Part shown: in pieces, positions 34,150 through 44,240 of the stretch
How positions within the stretch are numbered: position 1 is the stretch's first letter
Layout: the number at the start of each line of letters is the position of its first letter
IMG/VR virus record: IMGVR_UViG_3300046517_000603
Location: 371 to 64,370 of that record
Reading direction: 5' to 3' (one strand)
DNA from: a virus
Taxonomy: Duplodnaviria; Caudoviricetes
Length of the DNA: 64,000 bases
Program-made: the position numbers and the translations under genes
The notes under the pieces: model-generated
The model's input: the letters and a program-made list of their open reading frames with translations, nothing else
The model's database searches: none
What the model was told of the DNA's origin: nothing

Positions 34150-36356
34150 TAGTCTATGTAGTTGAAGAAGGTTGGGTTAGCCCCTCTGGATACGTGATAA
34201 CGGTTCTCATCCTTAAAGCTGATGATGGAGGGCCCAGGCGAACTTCCCCCATGACTCACCATCTCAGTATCCTCACCGTTCCAGTCCTGTACGAAGACAG
34301 CTGTGTGCTCAGCGTTGCCGCCAACGGCAGGGATCGAGGCGCTCCAGATAACGACATCGGCCACCTGAGCTGCCCCTTGCTGAATCGTTCTACCGTTACC
34401 GGACATCGAGGCAGTATTTCCATCCGACCAGTTGTTCTGGTTCGGGTCATACTGCTCAACGAAGTTAGACCCCCAGGCGAAGCACTGAACTACGAAGTCA
34501 GAGCAGTCCATCCGCTCCGGCCAGTTCCCCATCTTGCCCTTGTAGCCGCCGCTGTAATCTCCATAGTACGGCGGTGGGCCTTTTGCACCAGAACGAGCCC
34601 AAGCGCCGATCTTCGCGCGAATGTTACGAACCTTGACGGGGCTGGTCGCTTTGGGGTACTTCTTGCTGGGATCAGTTATACCGCCGCCGAAGTTCGGCTG
34701 CTGAGTTGGAGCGCCGATAGCCTGAGCCTCAGTGAGCTTCGGCTTCGGCTTGACGGCTGTGACGGTGACCTCGTGAGAGAACAGACTGCGCTCGTAGCTG
34801 CTGACGAGCCACTGGCCGTCCCAGATCCCCATGTCTTCAAGAATAATAACGTTCCCTGGATCTACCGGCCACTCATTCATACGAGTGTGGATCGTTACCG
34901 ATCCGTTCTTCTTGTTGACGTCGTAGTCGCCGTCGATGTATCCGACTCCTGTCTCAAACTCCTTGAACTTGAAGGTGTTAGGCTTATCGAACAGCCAGTC
35001 ACCCGGAGCGAACACTACATAGTCACCAAGCATGAAAGCGTACCAGTTGACCTCTTGCGCCATCCGCTGGATACAGCCCCAAGTGTTCTCCGTCTCCCAG
35101 CGATGAACACCCTTCTTCTTCTTTGGACTGCCTCGATGCCATTGAGTGTTCGTTCCACCACCGGCCGTGCCCGGATTGAATCCGGGAGGAATGATGATCG
35201 GAGGTACGTCAGTCTGGCTGCCAGCGGCCTTGCTGGTATCACTCGGATTCGGAACCTTGCTCCGGATGTCGCCACCCGACCAGCCCCAGGCAGTTACGAT
35301 GCGCTCGGCCTCGACACGGAACAGACCGCCAGAACCGCCGAAGAAATAGTTAGTTCCTCCACCAGGATACTGAACCTGGTTCGCTATCTGATTGACACTC
35401 CAGTTCGGCTCCTGATGATCAACCATGTTCGCTCTCTTGACGAATCCGTCGTGAGTTCCGTCACCGATAGCGTCAGTCTTCACGTTACCACTCGCGGGCC
35501 AGAAGCGTGGATCCTGCTGCCAGACGCCTCGATGACCTACTCGCCCGAGAGGGAATAGAGGATTGTCGTAGCCAGGAGCATCCGAGAGAGGCGACTGCGC
35601 GAAGGTGAGGTTGCGGATGCTGGACTCGTGAATCCCCACCATGATTGCGCAGACCGCGACTTTCCGCCGGACGTTCATCCCGGAACAGACATCCATAATG
35701 GTGTTGATGTTATCTAGCTGTTCGTTCGTCGGAGCAGCAGTGTCGATCTTGATTTTGATCTTGCCCTTTGGCTCCTGCGATACGAATGGATCTCTGATGT
35801 AAGGAGACGGGGGCTCCTTAAGCCCGAGCACCATGTCCACGAGCTTCGTGGGAATCTGCTTCCCAACGCAGGGAGCTTCAAAGTTGAGAGTCCTATCCGT
35901 CGCGGCTGCCTCCAGCACGAGGCGCCAGACGAACTGGCAGCGACTGCCCCAGCTCTTAGGCGTGGAGATGAACTTCCCGTACGTTCTCATGTTGGCGACG
36001 TGAGAATCCTCGAAGGTGAGATCGAGCTGATCGCCGTTCTTGGTTCCCTGCACGAGCGTCCACCAACGATCCTGAACGAAGATCTGAGACTTGTGACGTA
36101 TGATGTTCTTGCCTCGAAGGATCTTCCGGTTGTAGTCGTCCAGGCTGACTGTCACCGTGCTCGCGCCGTCGATCGTCAGCTTGATCTTGCAGCCGTCTGC
36201 GATCACGCGCTCTCGAACGTTCTCGACTTTGTTCCCCTCGACGTAGATCCATAGCTCCTTGAGATCCGCGCCGGTGCCATAGCTCTCGTCTGGCCGGTGA
36301 CCAGCAGACTTATTGACGGGCGGCTCTGGCTTGGTTGGCTGCTTAGGCTTTGGCAT
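34149..36356 (-). CDS. baseplate hub with lysozyme-like and NlpC/P60 domains
   Basis: HESSIRNL…GVWQQ; ENTWGCIQRMAQE…G.W.V; C-terminal MDCSDFV…DVV…HTA…SHG. Confidence 0.75.
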   Translation of the reverse strand: MPKPKQPTKPEPPVNKSAGHRPDESYGTGADLKELWIYVEGNKVENVRERVIADGCKIKLTIDGASTVTVSLDDYNRKILRGKNIIRHKSQIFVQDRWWTLVQGTKNGDQLDLTFEDSHVANMRTYGKFISTPKSWGSRCQFVWRLVLEAAATDRTLNFEAPCVGKQIPTKLVDMVLGLKEPPSPYIRDPFVSQEPKGKIKIKIDTAAPTNEQLDNINTIMDVCSGMNVRRKVAVCAIMVGIHESSIRNLTFAQSPLSDAPGYDNPLFPLGRVGHRGVWQQDPRFWPASGNVKTDAIGDGTHDGFVKRANMVDHQEPNWSVNQIANQVQYPGGGTNYFFGGSGGLFRVEAERIVTAWGWSGGDIRSKVPNPSDTSKAAGSQTDVPPIIIPPGFNPGTAGGGTNTQWHRGSPKKKKGVHRWETENTWGCIQRMAQEVNWYAFMLGDYVVFAPGDWLFDKPNTFKFKEFETGVGYIDGDYDVNKKNGSVTIHTRMNEWPVDPGNVIILEDMGIWDGQWLVSSYERSLFSHEVTVTAVKPKPKLTEAQAIGAPTQQPNFGGGITDPSKKYPKATSPVKVRNIRAKIGAWARSGAKGPPPYYGDYSGGYKGKMGNWPERMDCSDFVVQCFAWGSNFVEQYDPNQNNWSDGNTASMSGNGRTIQQGAAQVADVVIWSASIPAVGGNAEHTAVFVQDWNGEDTEMVSHGGSSPGPSIISFKDENRYHVSRGANPTFFNYID

Positions 36357-37081
36357 TAGTTCACTGGCACCTTAAGACGTTGCCCGAAGGGGAGAGGCAG
36401 AAACGGAACCACGACGTTGTTGAGGTCAGATAGTTCCTTCCATCTCTGCCAGTCGCCTAGCTCCCTTGCCGCGATCCCATCGAGTGTCTCACCTACGTGG
36501 GTAGTATAGATGGTCGTCGCTGTCGCGTTCGCAGTCGGGTCGGGCTGATAGCTATGCTTTGATGCAGTGAAGCTCCGAGTGCTCTTGCCCTTCTCCTGAG
36601 TCGTCTTCGTCTTCGCCTTGGCCTTGGCGGTACTAGCTGGTGACTTCGTGACGATATCGGCCGGGACAAACTGCCAGAGCGTCACGGACATCTTCTGCCG
36701 GACGAGTTCCCCCTTGTCGTTACGCATCGACTCTCCCCAGGCAATTGAGGAGATGACCCAGGACAGATCGGTGTGAGGAACGAATCCATATAGCTTAACT
36801 ATTGGAGGTTTAGTAACTCCGTCGCCAGGGAGCGCCATAGCTTCCAGGCGCTTCACCTGCGGCATGACACCAAAGTCTTCTTTGAGTCCATCGAAGACGA
36901 TTCCAACCGTCATCTTGAGAGCAGGCTTTCCAGGCCAGTCCACGTAGCTCGTCCGGCGCGCTCGGTCTACTTCCTTCCAACCGCCGTAACCATCAGTGAC
37001 CGTTGGAGTCGTTTCATCCAGGAGCGCAGCCACGTTATCGTTGGCAGTCTTGAACTGGAGATAATACTTAGGAGCTGGCAT
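36356..37081 (-). CDS. tail tube initiator with C-terminal LysM domain
   Basis: YTTHVGETLDGIAARELGD..RW..L..LN…GQRLKVP. Confidence 0.8.
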   Translation of the reverse strand: MPAPKYYLQFKTANDNVAALLDETTPTVTDGYGGWKEVDRARRTSYVDWPGKPALKMTVGIVFDGLKEDFGVMPQVKRLEAMALPGDGVTKPPIVKLYGFVPHTDLSWVISSIAWGESMRNDKGELVRQKMSVTLWQFVPADIVTKSPASTAKAKAKTKTTQEKGKSTRSFTASKHSYQPDPTANATATTIYTTHVGETLDGIAARELGDWQRWKELSDLNNVVVPFLPLPFGQRLKVPVN

Positions 37082-39297
37082 TAAGCCCTCGCCATATGAT
37101 CGAGCATCACAGCGGCGTTCGCCTCGGCGATCGCATTACCGTGAATGTTGACAGGGACGTGAATATGGATCGCTCCGTTGCCTCCATACGGCTGGATCGG
37201 TTGATACTTGGGGTCACTTACCCGAGACATGGGCGAGATGTTGGTTCCCTTGGGCATCCAGATTAGCTCTGGGCCTTTCTCACCTACCACTCCATATCCC
37301 CCTTGAGAGAGCACTCCACCATCAGCATTGAGGAATGGAGAGGCGAACGGGATCGCGAACTTCAACGCATCCTTCCATCCGAAGTGCACTTTGCCCTTGC
37401 CTCCGATGACGCTCCCCGTCCCGAACGGCAGCCAGTTGCGGGGATCTAGCGCGTCCTGGGCCATCTTCTTGACCTTATCCCAGAGCCCCTGGAACGTCGT
37501 TTCGATCCAGTGGATAGCGTTCCAGAACATCTGCTTGATCCAATTCCAGGCATTCGTGAGCCCGGCGACCATTGGATCCCAGAAGTGATACAGGATGTTG
37601 CCGGCTCCAAACGTGGTCAGAAATAGAACGAGATCGAGCCAGTGACTCTTAACGAAGTTGACGACATACACAAACACATCCTTGAACTGCTTCCAGTAGC
37701 CGATGATCATCAAGATGACAGCTACTACCTGGAGCCCAGGGATGAACATCAAAATGGCCCAGCCGAAGTGTAGCATGAACTCGCGGAACGCCTTCACCTT
37801 CACCATCAGAATCACGAAGGCAACGTAGAGAGCTATGACCGCTAGGATGACCCAGGTGAGAGGGTTGGACAGAAGAGCGACGGTGAAAGTCCAGACGGCA
37901 CCAGCAGCACTGGTGGCAGCTCCTGTGACCGCTTCGTACGCTCCGACCAGACCCCATGTGACCCCGAGCGAGTAGAGCGCATAGATGATCCCATCCTCGC
38001 GAGCGACGTTAAGAAACGATTGTGCGATGAATGCGGCAACAGTCGCTACCTGTAGCGCCCAGAGAGCTGCCTCGTACAGCCAAGTTGCGATCGCCGCGAT
38101 CTTTGTCCAGATAGCCGCGTAGACCATGTAGATTCCCCAAACATACATCAACCCGACAAGTGGGTACAAAACGTAGTAGAGATAGTCCGATCGAGTCCCC
38201 AGCCATTCAACCCCTTTGATTACTAGGAACAACGGAGCGAACAGGTAAAACAGGACGGACGAGACATCCTTGAAGATCGTGTAGATGTTCCGAGCAGCGA
38301 ACCACATATATTTGAGGGTGGAGACGAGCAGATCGAATCCAAATGACAACTTGCCACCCAGACCCAGCATCGAGTCGAGCTGATTAATGAAGGCTGTAAT
38401 GCCCTTATTCTGGGCAGTCTTAGTAAGCGTCACCAGAGCGTCGTTCACCTTGCCCAGCGTCTTCGTGGATCTGTTGAATAGACCTAGCTCCAGAGTCCCC
38501 ATAAGCTGCGAGATGTAGTCCTTGAACGTCGAGGCCTCGCCCTGGAACGTCTTGGACTGAATCGCAGCCATCCCGCCGAACCTTTGCTGGAGGTACTTCA
38601 TGATGGCCGGAATGCCGTACTGGCTCGGGATGACGAGCTGGCCCTTCATGAATTGCTCGATCTGCTTCTGAGTCAGGCCCAGCTCCTTACGCAGAGCCGG
38701 GAAGACAGGGATGCCTGCCTGCTCCAGCTGCCTCATGTCCTGACCGAGCAGACGACCGGACTGGTGGATCTGCCCGAAGACGACTGCGAGATGCGAGATC
38801 TGCTCTCCGCTCAGACCGAACGCGCTAACGGTATCGCCTAGAACGTTCAGATACTTGTTGGTATCTTGAAGTGTGAAGCCGAACGCCAAGAACTGACGAG
38901 CGGTCGCCGTGACGTTCTGGAACGTGAACGGGGTCTTCGCCGCTATGTTGAACAGCGTGGTGATTTCCTGGCGCGCCAAGCCCGCGTTGCCCAGCAGGCT
39001 CGTGAACGCTAACGTACTCTGCTGCCTGAAAGAGTCAAACTGCCACCCCATCGCTACCAGGCTGACGACCGTAGCACTCGCGGCTAGCGTGAATCCGTAC
39101 AAGTAGCGACGAGCTGTGAAGAGAGCCTGGTTGAATAGCCAGGAACGCTGCTTCGTCTCATCCAGCTTCTTCCCGGTTAGCGAAGCAGCTTCACCAATGC
39201 CCAGGATCGCATCGCGCTCGGCTTTAGCGCCAGCAACGACCTGGCCCACATCGACGAGCGTGATCTTAATGCTGGCCTGGTCAGTCGAGAATGGCAT
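37081..39297 (-). CDS. tape measure protein
   Basis: AAKTPF…LGD…GQI…GRL.GQD..QL..AGIP tape-measure domain; hydrophobic and W-periodic regions. Confidence 0.9.
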   Translation of the reverse strand: MPFSTDQASIKITLVDVGQVVAGAKAERDAILGIGEAASLTGKKLDETKQRSWLFNQALFTARRYLYGFTLAASATVVSLVAMGWQFDSFRQQSTLAFTSLLGNAGLARQEITTLFNIAAKTPFTFQNVTATARQFLAFGFTLQDTNKYLNVLGDTVSAFGLSGEQISHLAVVFGQIHQSGRLLGQDMRQLEQAGIPVFPALRKELGLTQKQIEQFMKGQLVIPSQYGIPAIMKYLQQRFGGMAAIQSKTFQGEASTFKDYISQLMGTLELGLFNRSTKTLGKVNDALVTLTKTAQNKGITAFINQLDSMLGLGGKLSFGFDLLVSTLKYMWFAARNIYTIFKDVSSVLFYLFAPLFLVIKGVEWLGTRSDYLYYVLYPLVGLMYVWGIYMVYAAIWTKIAAIATWLYEAALWALQVATVAAFIAQSFLNVAREDGIIYALYSLGVTWGLVGAYEAVTGAATSAAGAVWTFTVALLSNPLTWVILAVIALYVAFVILMVKVKAFREFMLHFGWAILMFIPGLQVVAVILMIIGYWKQFKDVFVYVVNFVKSHWLDLVLFLTTFGAGNILYHFWDPMVAGLTNAWNWIKQMFWNAIHWIETTFQGLWDKVKKMAQDALDPRNWLPFGTGSVIGGKGKVHFGWKDALKFAIPFASPFLNADGGVLSQGGYGVVGEKGPELIWMPKGTNISPMSRVSDPKYQPIQPYGGNGAIHIHVPVNIHGNAIAEANAAVMLDHMARA

Positions 39298-39479
39298 TAT
39301 CGCCTGAAGCTCCTAGCGACAGCTGACGCGATTCTTCGCGCCAGGTTCTCAAACAGGATCTCATCCTGCATCTTCAATGCCTTGACCGCGACTAGGTACA
39401 TGATGTTGGCCTCCACCGCGTCGTCGGTGTTAAGCCACTGTAGGGGATCTCCGCCAGCGAGGAGTATTTGCGCGGCCAT
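39297..39479 (-). CDS. tail assembly chaperone, frameshifted C-terminal part (GT-like)
   Basis: Lies in the -1 frame from the slippery site of the upstream chaperone gene. Confidence 0.7.
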   Translation of the reverse strand: MAAQILLAGGDPLQWLNTDDAVEANIMYLVAVKALKMQDEILFENLARRIASAVARSFRR

Positions 39480-39499
39480 GGTGATCTCATCGCTGGCTT

Positions 39500-40072
39500 C
39501 TATTCCCCCAGGAATGTCTCATCTACATCCTTGGACGTGTCTTCGTACCAACGGTTAAGTTTGAGACCGTGAGCGAGCAGAGACATCTCGTTGAACTGGA
39601 AGACTCCGAGTAGTGATCCACGCGCCGTCTCCGAATCAAAGCCGAAGTATTCGGCTGTCCTTGGATCCCCATACGTCAGAGGATCTCCGGAATTATCCGG
39701 GTCGATGTGGGTGAGGCTGTTGTCCTCCTCCACGTAATAGAGTCCCTGATTGGCCCGGATAAGAATGTCCATGATCGCATTGATCTGCCGATCACCGTCA
39801 TCCTTGTACTGACGCTGGATCTTCCGGCCGATCATGGTCATCTCGGTCGAGTCCAGGACGCTGTACTCTGCCTTCATGAGCCCCTTGTACCCAGGCACCG
39901 TGATGAAGCAAGTGACGTCTTGTGTCTGGGCATCACGCTGGGCCCGAAGCCGATCCATGATCGTGCGCTGCTCGTTACTGGTCGGCTCCGGGCCGTTCTC
40001 GCTCGACTCCTCAACATCAGGCGCAACAGGTGGGAACACCTGGGTCACCTTCTCTTCATCTGGCAATGGCAT
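39500..40072 (-). CDS. tail assembly chaperone (G-like)
   Basis: Between tube and tape measure; GGAGGGAG RBS; ends at the slippery site. Confidence 0.75.
   Translation of the reverse strand: MPLPDEEKVTQVFPPVAPDVEESSENGPEPTSNEQRTIMDRLRAQRDAQTQDVTCFITVPGYKGLMKAEYSVLDSTEMTMIGRKIQRQYKDDGDRQINAIMDILIRANQGLYYVEEDNSLTHIDPDNSGDPLTYGDPRTAEYFGFDSETARGSLLGVFQFNEMSLLAHGLKLNRWYEDTSKDVDETFLGE
39503..39509 (-). other. programmed -1 frameshift site GGGGGAA
   Basis: CTG GGG GAA TAG; the -1 frame reads GGA ATA GAA GCC AGC GAT GAG ATC ACC ATG into 39297..39479. Confidence 0.7.
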
Positions 40073-40095
40073 TTCGCTCCCTCCCTGACCTGGGT

Positions 40096-40551
40096 TTAGC
40101 CCTTCACCACCGGGACGCCATACGGAGTGAACTCCAGCTCCAGCATGCCCGGATCTGACGACTCGGAATCGACTTCTGGTACCGTGACGCGCTTGAGGGT
40201 GCCCGTCCAAACGATTGGTGATCCATCGTAGACGTTACCCTCGATGTCCATCGGCTGGCGCGTGATCGTTCCCGTCTCCTTGCCGACGGCCTGGTACAAC
40301 TTCTGCACCATGTCGTGATCACGCTGAAGCCGGTAGATCCGAGAGACTACAACGTTGGACGGATTGACCTTGCCTCCGAGGGAGATCGGATCGACCATCC
40401 CTCCAGGGTAATACTTGAACTCGTCCGAGTCCAGATCCCCGCCGGTCATCTTGTCGAACACTCCAGCCTTGAGAGGAGTGTTATCGACGGAGACCATGAC
40501 CGTGTAGGTGTCCTTCCTGGTCGGCCCGCCCTTCGATGACTTCACTGGCAA
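40096..40551 (-). CDS. tail tube protein
   Basis: Follows the sheath; FDKMTGG…YYPGGM…SLGG…VVVSR. Confidence 0.8.
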   Translation of the reverse strand: MPVKSSKGGPTRKDTYTVMVSVDNTPLKAGVFDKMTGGDLDSDEFKYYPGGMVDPISLGGKVNPSNVVVSRIYRLQRDHDMVQKLYQAVGKETGTITRQPMDIEGNVYDGSPIVWTGTLKRVTVPEVDSESSDPGMLELEFTPYGVPVVKG

Positions 40552-40564
40552 CTACTTCACCCCC

Positions 40565-42013
40565 TTAGACGTTTTGAGTGACGAGCTTCTTGACGATGTC
40601 GATGTGCACCAGCTCTCCGAACGGAGACATCCGGATGCGCAACACCGCATGGATCTCCAGGTTCGCGATCGACTCTGGAGTGTTGACCGTCGAGCCGGTG
40701 TCTACGATGAACGCCTCGTCCGGCGTCGCGCCGTAGAGCGAGCCCTCGTTGTAGTAGCCGTTGAGCATGCTGGCCAGCTCGCCACCCATGGCCTTGAACA
40801 CCAGCCCCTTGCCGTCGATCTCCGCGAACACGAATGTCTCAGCAATCGCGTCGGCGTCGGCGTAGATCGCCATGTAGAGCCGCGAGTTGCTGAACGCGAT
40901 CCAGTTGGGATCTCCAGCGGGCTGCACCAGAGTGCGGAATCCATACGCCATGATCCCGTTGAATAGAGCGCGAACGACGTTCACCGATGATGCGTTCAGA
41001 TCCTGTCGATCGGAGTCGATGAAGGGTGGCTGGCTGAGTCCGATCGCGTAGACAGACTGGCCATTCTGAAGACCAGCAGCTGCGGTGTTCGGGGAAAGAT
41101 GCGCATCATTACGAGAGATGATACCGGCCTCGATGGCGCTCCAAGGCACCGTGCGAGTTGTACCAGCAACAATTCCCGGAACGATAGCCCAGGGTGCAAA
41201 CAGGGCAGCATGGCGATTTCCTGGTACCGCCCCCTGGAGGGCGGCGGCGGCGGATTTGAGCGTGGCCTTGGAGCCGGAGTCCACACAGTCCACGAGAGCA
41301 ACTCGGTTGTTGGCGTCCGCGTGGGCCAGGAGCGCCGTCTGTCCCGCCAGCGTTGTATGGCCCGGAGCGGCGACCTGACCAGGCCCGAGATCCTTGCTGA
41401 GGAAAGAAAGTGCATTCGTCCAGTTCTGCTCCACGATGTTGGTGTTGTCATCCGTGCCGCCGAGGAGAGCAGAAGCAGCGATCACGGCTGGATCCTGAAC
41501 GCTTCCCGCCTGATCCACCAGCGTGATGTAGTCCGAGGATTGAGCCCAGACTAGAGCTGCCGGCTTGTCGAGCAGATCGCCGGAGTTCTCCAGGATCGTA
41601 GCGCCGGTAGCAACTTGGATCTGGAAGTACCCACCCACCGTTCCTGCGAGGATCTGAACAGTGAGAGCGTTGGCCCATGATCCAGGACTGTTGGCTAGAA
41701 CCTGAAGGCAGCTCGCATTCGACGCATCCTTCAACATGAAAGATGCAGCTACAGGTGCCGGGCCAACGACGCGCTGGATGTAAGCTCGACTCCCGCCCTC
41801 CTTGAAGTAGCAGTCGATCGCGTCGTACAGGTAGCTGTAGGTCACGCGCTGACCAAACAGCGTCGTGAACTCCGACATGCTGCGAATGAACTGCGGAGTG
41901 TTAGCCGAGCCCTTCTGTGCCGGGCCAATCGCAAGGAATACGCCCGTGTCAGTCGGAGGAGTTCTTGAAGGCGGCTCCTCCAACAGGGCAATCTCGACTC
42001 CTGGCCTGCTCAT
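40565..42013 (-). CDS. tail sheath protein
   Basis: RPGVEI…GPAQKG…F…FG…YF.EGG; NRVALVD; LN…VN; G.RTL; F.F…D. Confidence 0.92.
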   Translation of the reverse strand: MSRPGVEIALLEEPPSRTPPTDTGVFLAIGPAQKGSANTPQFIRSMSEFTTLFGQRVTYSYLYDAIDCYFKEGGSRAYIQRVVGPAPVAASFMLKDASNASCLQVLANSPGSWANALTVQILAGTVGGYFQIQVATGATILENSGDLLDKPAALVWAQSSDYITLVDQAGSVQDPAVIAASALLGGTDDNTNIVEQNWTNALSFLSKDLGPGQVAAPGHTTLAGQTALLAHADANNRVALVDCVDSGSKATLKSAAAALQGAVPGNRHAALFAPWAIVPGIVAGTTRTVPWSAIEAGIISRNDAHLSPNTAAAGLQNGQSVYAIGLSQPPFIDSDRQDLNASSVNVVRALFNGIMAYGFRTLVQPAGDPNWIAFSNSRLYMAIYADADAIAETFVFAEIDGKGLVFKAMGGELASMLNGYYNEGSLYGATPDEAFIVDTGSTVNTPESIANLEIHAVLRIRMSPFGELVHIDIVKKLVTQNV

Positions 42014-42213
42014 TTGTCACCACCCTTCTTCGTTGTGGCCTTTGGCTCCTCCTCGATGACGGCGGTCGTATCCACGATCCGTCCTTCTTCGATGAGACGG
42101 GCATTGTACGGATCTGCCTGAGCCTCCGCGTCCAGCTCCTTCGCCTCTCCTGGCGCCAGGATACTCCCATCGGCCAGGTCGGTGAGAGCGCCGACGTTCC
42201 TGAACTCAGTCAT
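42010..42213 (-). CDS. small virion-associated hypothetical protein
   Basis: Operonic, upstream of the sheath. Confidence 0.6.
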   Translation of the reverse strand: MTEFRNVGALTDLADGSILAPGEAKELDAEAQADPYNARLIEEGRIVDTTAVIEEEPKATTKKGGDK

Positions 42214-42866
42214 TAATTCACCCCTTCCGATTCTACGTCAACGATCACGTCCTGGGCCTCTGGCCATTGGCTGCCAGGTTGCGTCTCCGGGTCAGGATCT
42301 TCGATGAACGGATACGTGCGTGGCCCTCCCCTCTTGTCGAGAACGGAATCAACTGCTACCTCGAAGAACCCAACTCCGGTAGAGATGGTTCGCTCGTCCT
42401 CTGGAATAAAGATGTCGTCGTAGCTCTCGTCCATCCACTCTGTGTGGAACGCGACGCCGCCGCAGTCCGGCTTCTGAAGGATGATTCCACGCACGGCTGC
42501 CGCGTACACCTTCGCGAGCTGGTTCGTTGAGTTCTGATCTCTAGCCGAGACGAACGCAGCCACCCCGATGTTCCAGATCGCGGTGAAGGTTCCGTCGCCC
42601 TCCATCGTCGGTTTGCGGGCAAGTCCAGGCGAGAAGACGAGCAGCCCCGGCAATTGCTGCTCATCGAAGCGGTCGATTCTGCTGAAGGTTGTGAACGAGC
42701 GAATCGCCGGTAGATGTTGGTCAGCTGGATAGCCGAGTTGAAGTTCCATCTCGCGCAGATAGACCGGCATCCAATCGTGAAGATGTCGAAGGATGGACTC
42801 CTCGATGGAAGCTCCATCGACTATCGGCCCGAAGATGTCACTGACTACCGCTGATGGGGTAGACAT
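42213..42866 (-). CDS. tail completion/terminator protein
   Basis: Position; GGAGG RBS; MSTPSAVVSDIFGP…. Confidence 0.6.
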   Translation of the reverse strand: MSTPSAVVSDIFGPIVDGASIEESILRHLHDWMPVYLREMELQLGYPADQHLPAIRSFTTFSRIDRFDEQQLPGLLVFSPGLARKPTMEGDGTFTAIWNIGVAAFVSARDQNSTNQLAKVYAAAVRGIILQKPDCGGVAFHTEWMDESYDDIFIPEDERTISTGVGFFEVAVDSVLDKRGGPRTYPFIEDPDPETQPGSQWPEAQDVIVDVESEGVN

Positions 42867-43524
42867 ACCCTCCATATCCTCTCGTCCGCTTAGCTCCGCT
42901 GACTCCACCAAACCACTGCTCGTACACGTAATCCTCAATGATCTGCATCATCCGGATGCGATCTGCCTGAGTGATCAGCAGATAGTCGCGCCCTGGGATC
43001 TTGTTCTTTCCGCCGCCGAACCGTTGGACTTGAGCGTAAGGAATGCCCTCGACTCCGACGATGACATGCCTCGCGCCGATCTCTCCAACGCTCTCATCTG
43101 TATGCCCCACCGCAGCGTTGTAGAGCCGATCGGTTAGACGTACCGGCTCGAAGACATGCTTGGGGACGCCCTTGCGGTTGACGGGATGTAGCGTCGGGCC
43201 GAACTTGTTGCCCCTCTTGGTCGTGAATCCTCCGTGAGGATTTGATCCGGTGATAGTGAGGCCCGAGGTTCCAGCGACCAGCCTCATCTTCTTCCTGATG
43301 GTAGCAGGCTTCAGAGCTGCCCAGCTTCCTCCCCGGCGGCGACCCTCGGACTCGAAGTTGGCCCTGATCAGATCTTTGATATGCCGACCGATCAGTCGCA
43401 TCGCGGGTTCCATATGCTCAGCGCGATCAATGGTGAGGTTGTACTTCTCCAGGATCGGCTGCATATTCTCGACAGTAACGCTGAACCCCGTGAATTGTTT
43501 GTCGATCACCAGCGGGTACTCCAT
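42838..43524 (-). CDS. virion morphogenesis (Mu gpG/P2 gpS-like) protein
   Basis: NFESEG…WAALKPAT; YAQ.QRFGG…IPGRDYL. Confidence 0.8.
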   Translation of the reverse strand: MEYPLVIDKQFTGFSVTVENMQPILEKYNLTIDRAEHMEPAMRLIGRHIKDLIRANFESEGRRRGGSWAALKPATIRKKMRLVAGTSGLTITGSNPHGGFTTKRGNKFGPTLHPVNRKGVPKHVFEPVRLTDRLYNAAVGHTDESVGEIGARHVIVGVEGIPYAQVQRFGGGKNKIPGRDYLLITQADRIRMMQIIEDYVYEQWFGGVSGAKRTRGYGGYVYPISGSQ

Positions 43525-44240
43525 CCAACAAGAATGCTGGTGTCGGGGAAGGTATAGGCCGCCATCCCAGGGCTGAGTGCATCTTCGCCGGTGATCAGCT
43601 CTCCCTGCTCGCGCTCGATCGCTTTCTCCAGGTTCAGCATGAAGTTGTCGAACATCGCGGCGTACTGAGGGTATGGGGAGCGGCCGGTGTTGATTTGCTC
43701 CGGCCAGTAGCCTAGCTCGACCAGCATGGCGGTGCGGTAAATGATCGCTTGCTTGGCGTAGCGGTAGGCACCCGGAGGGATGTCTACGTCGAAACCCGCC
43801 ATCACGTCGTCAGCCGCCTGAACGATGAGCCGGTTGACTTCCTCGCCGGTCGGTCGAGTGTCCTCGTTGAACGTTCCGACCTCATCCCCCATGACGGTTA
43901 CGGTACGCGCTCTCATGAGAGCCCCGATGTCCGCCAGAGTCGGCAGATACGGCATTGTCTCGCTGGGGATGTTCTGGATCGGAACGGTTGGAACTGCCGT
44001 GGAGGCGGCAGGATCGTGGAAGATGATCTGATACCAGCCGTTCGGTAGCGTCGCCTGGTCAGTCGTGAAGGCGCGCGCCATCGGCTCCGTTGGGTTGGAA
44101 TCGAGCGGGCTTAGGGGCTGGACGTCAATTTCCGTCCAAGGCCCGCTCGAACCAATCGACTCCTCGATGTGGATCGAGTTCCAGGGGATGCCGTCGAACT
44201 TTGGAGGCGGAGTAAAGTCTTCAAATGTGACGACGTACAT
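43506..44240 (-). CDS. head-tail adaptor with N-terminal Ig/FN3-like extension
   Basis: PT..D.GAL.RART…F…TRPT..EV..LI…A.LVEL.YWPEQ. Confidence 0.7.
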   Translation of the reverse strand: MYVVTFEDFTPPPKFDGIPWNSIHIEESIGSSGPWTEIDVQPLSPLDSNPTEPMARAFTTDQATLPNGWYQIIFHDPAASTAVPTVPIQNIPSETMPYLPTLADIGALMRARTVTVMGDEVGTFNEDTRPTGEEVNRLIVQAADDVMAGFDVDIPPGAYRYAKQAIIYRTAMLVELGYWPEQINTGRSPYPQYAAMFDNFMLNLEKAIEREQGELITGEDALSPGMAAYTFPDTSILVGWSTRW

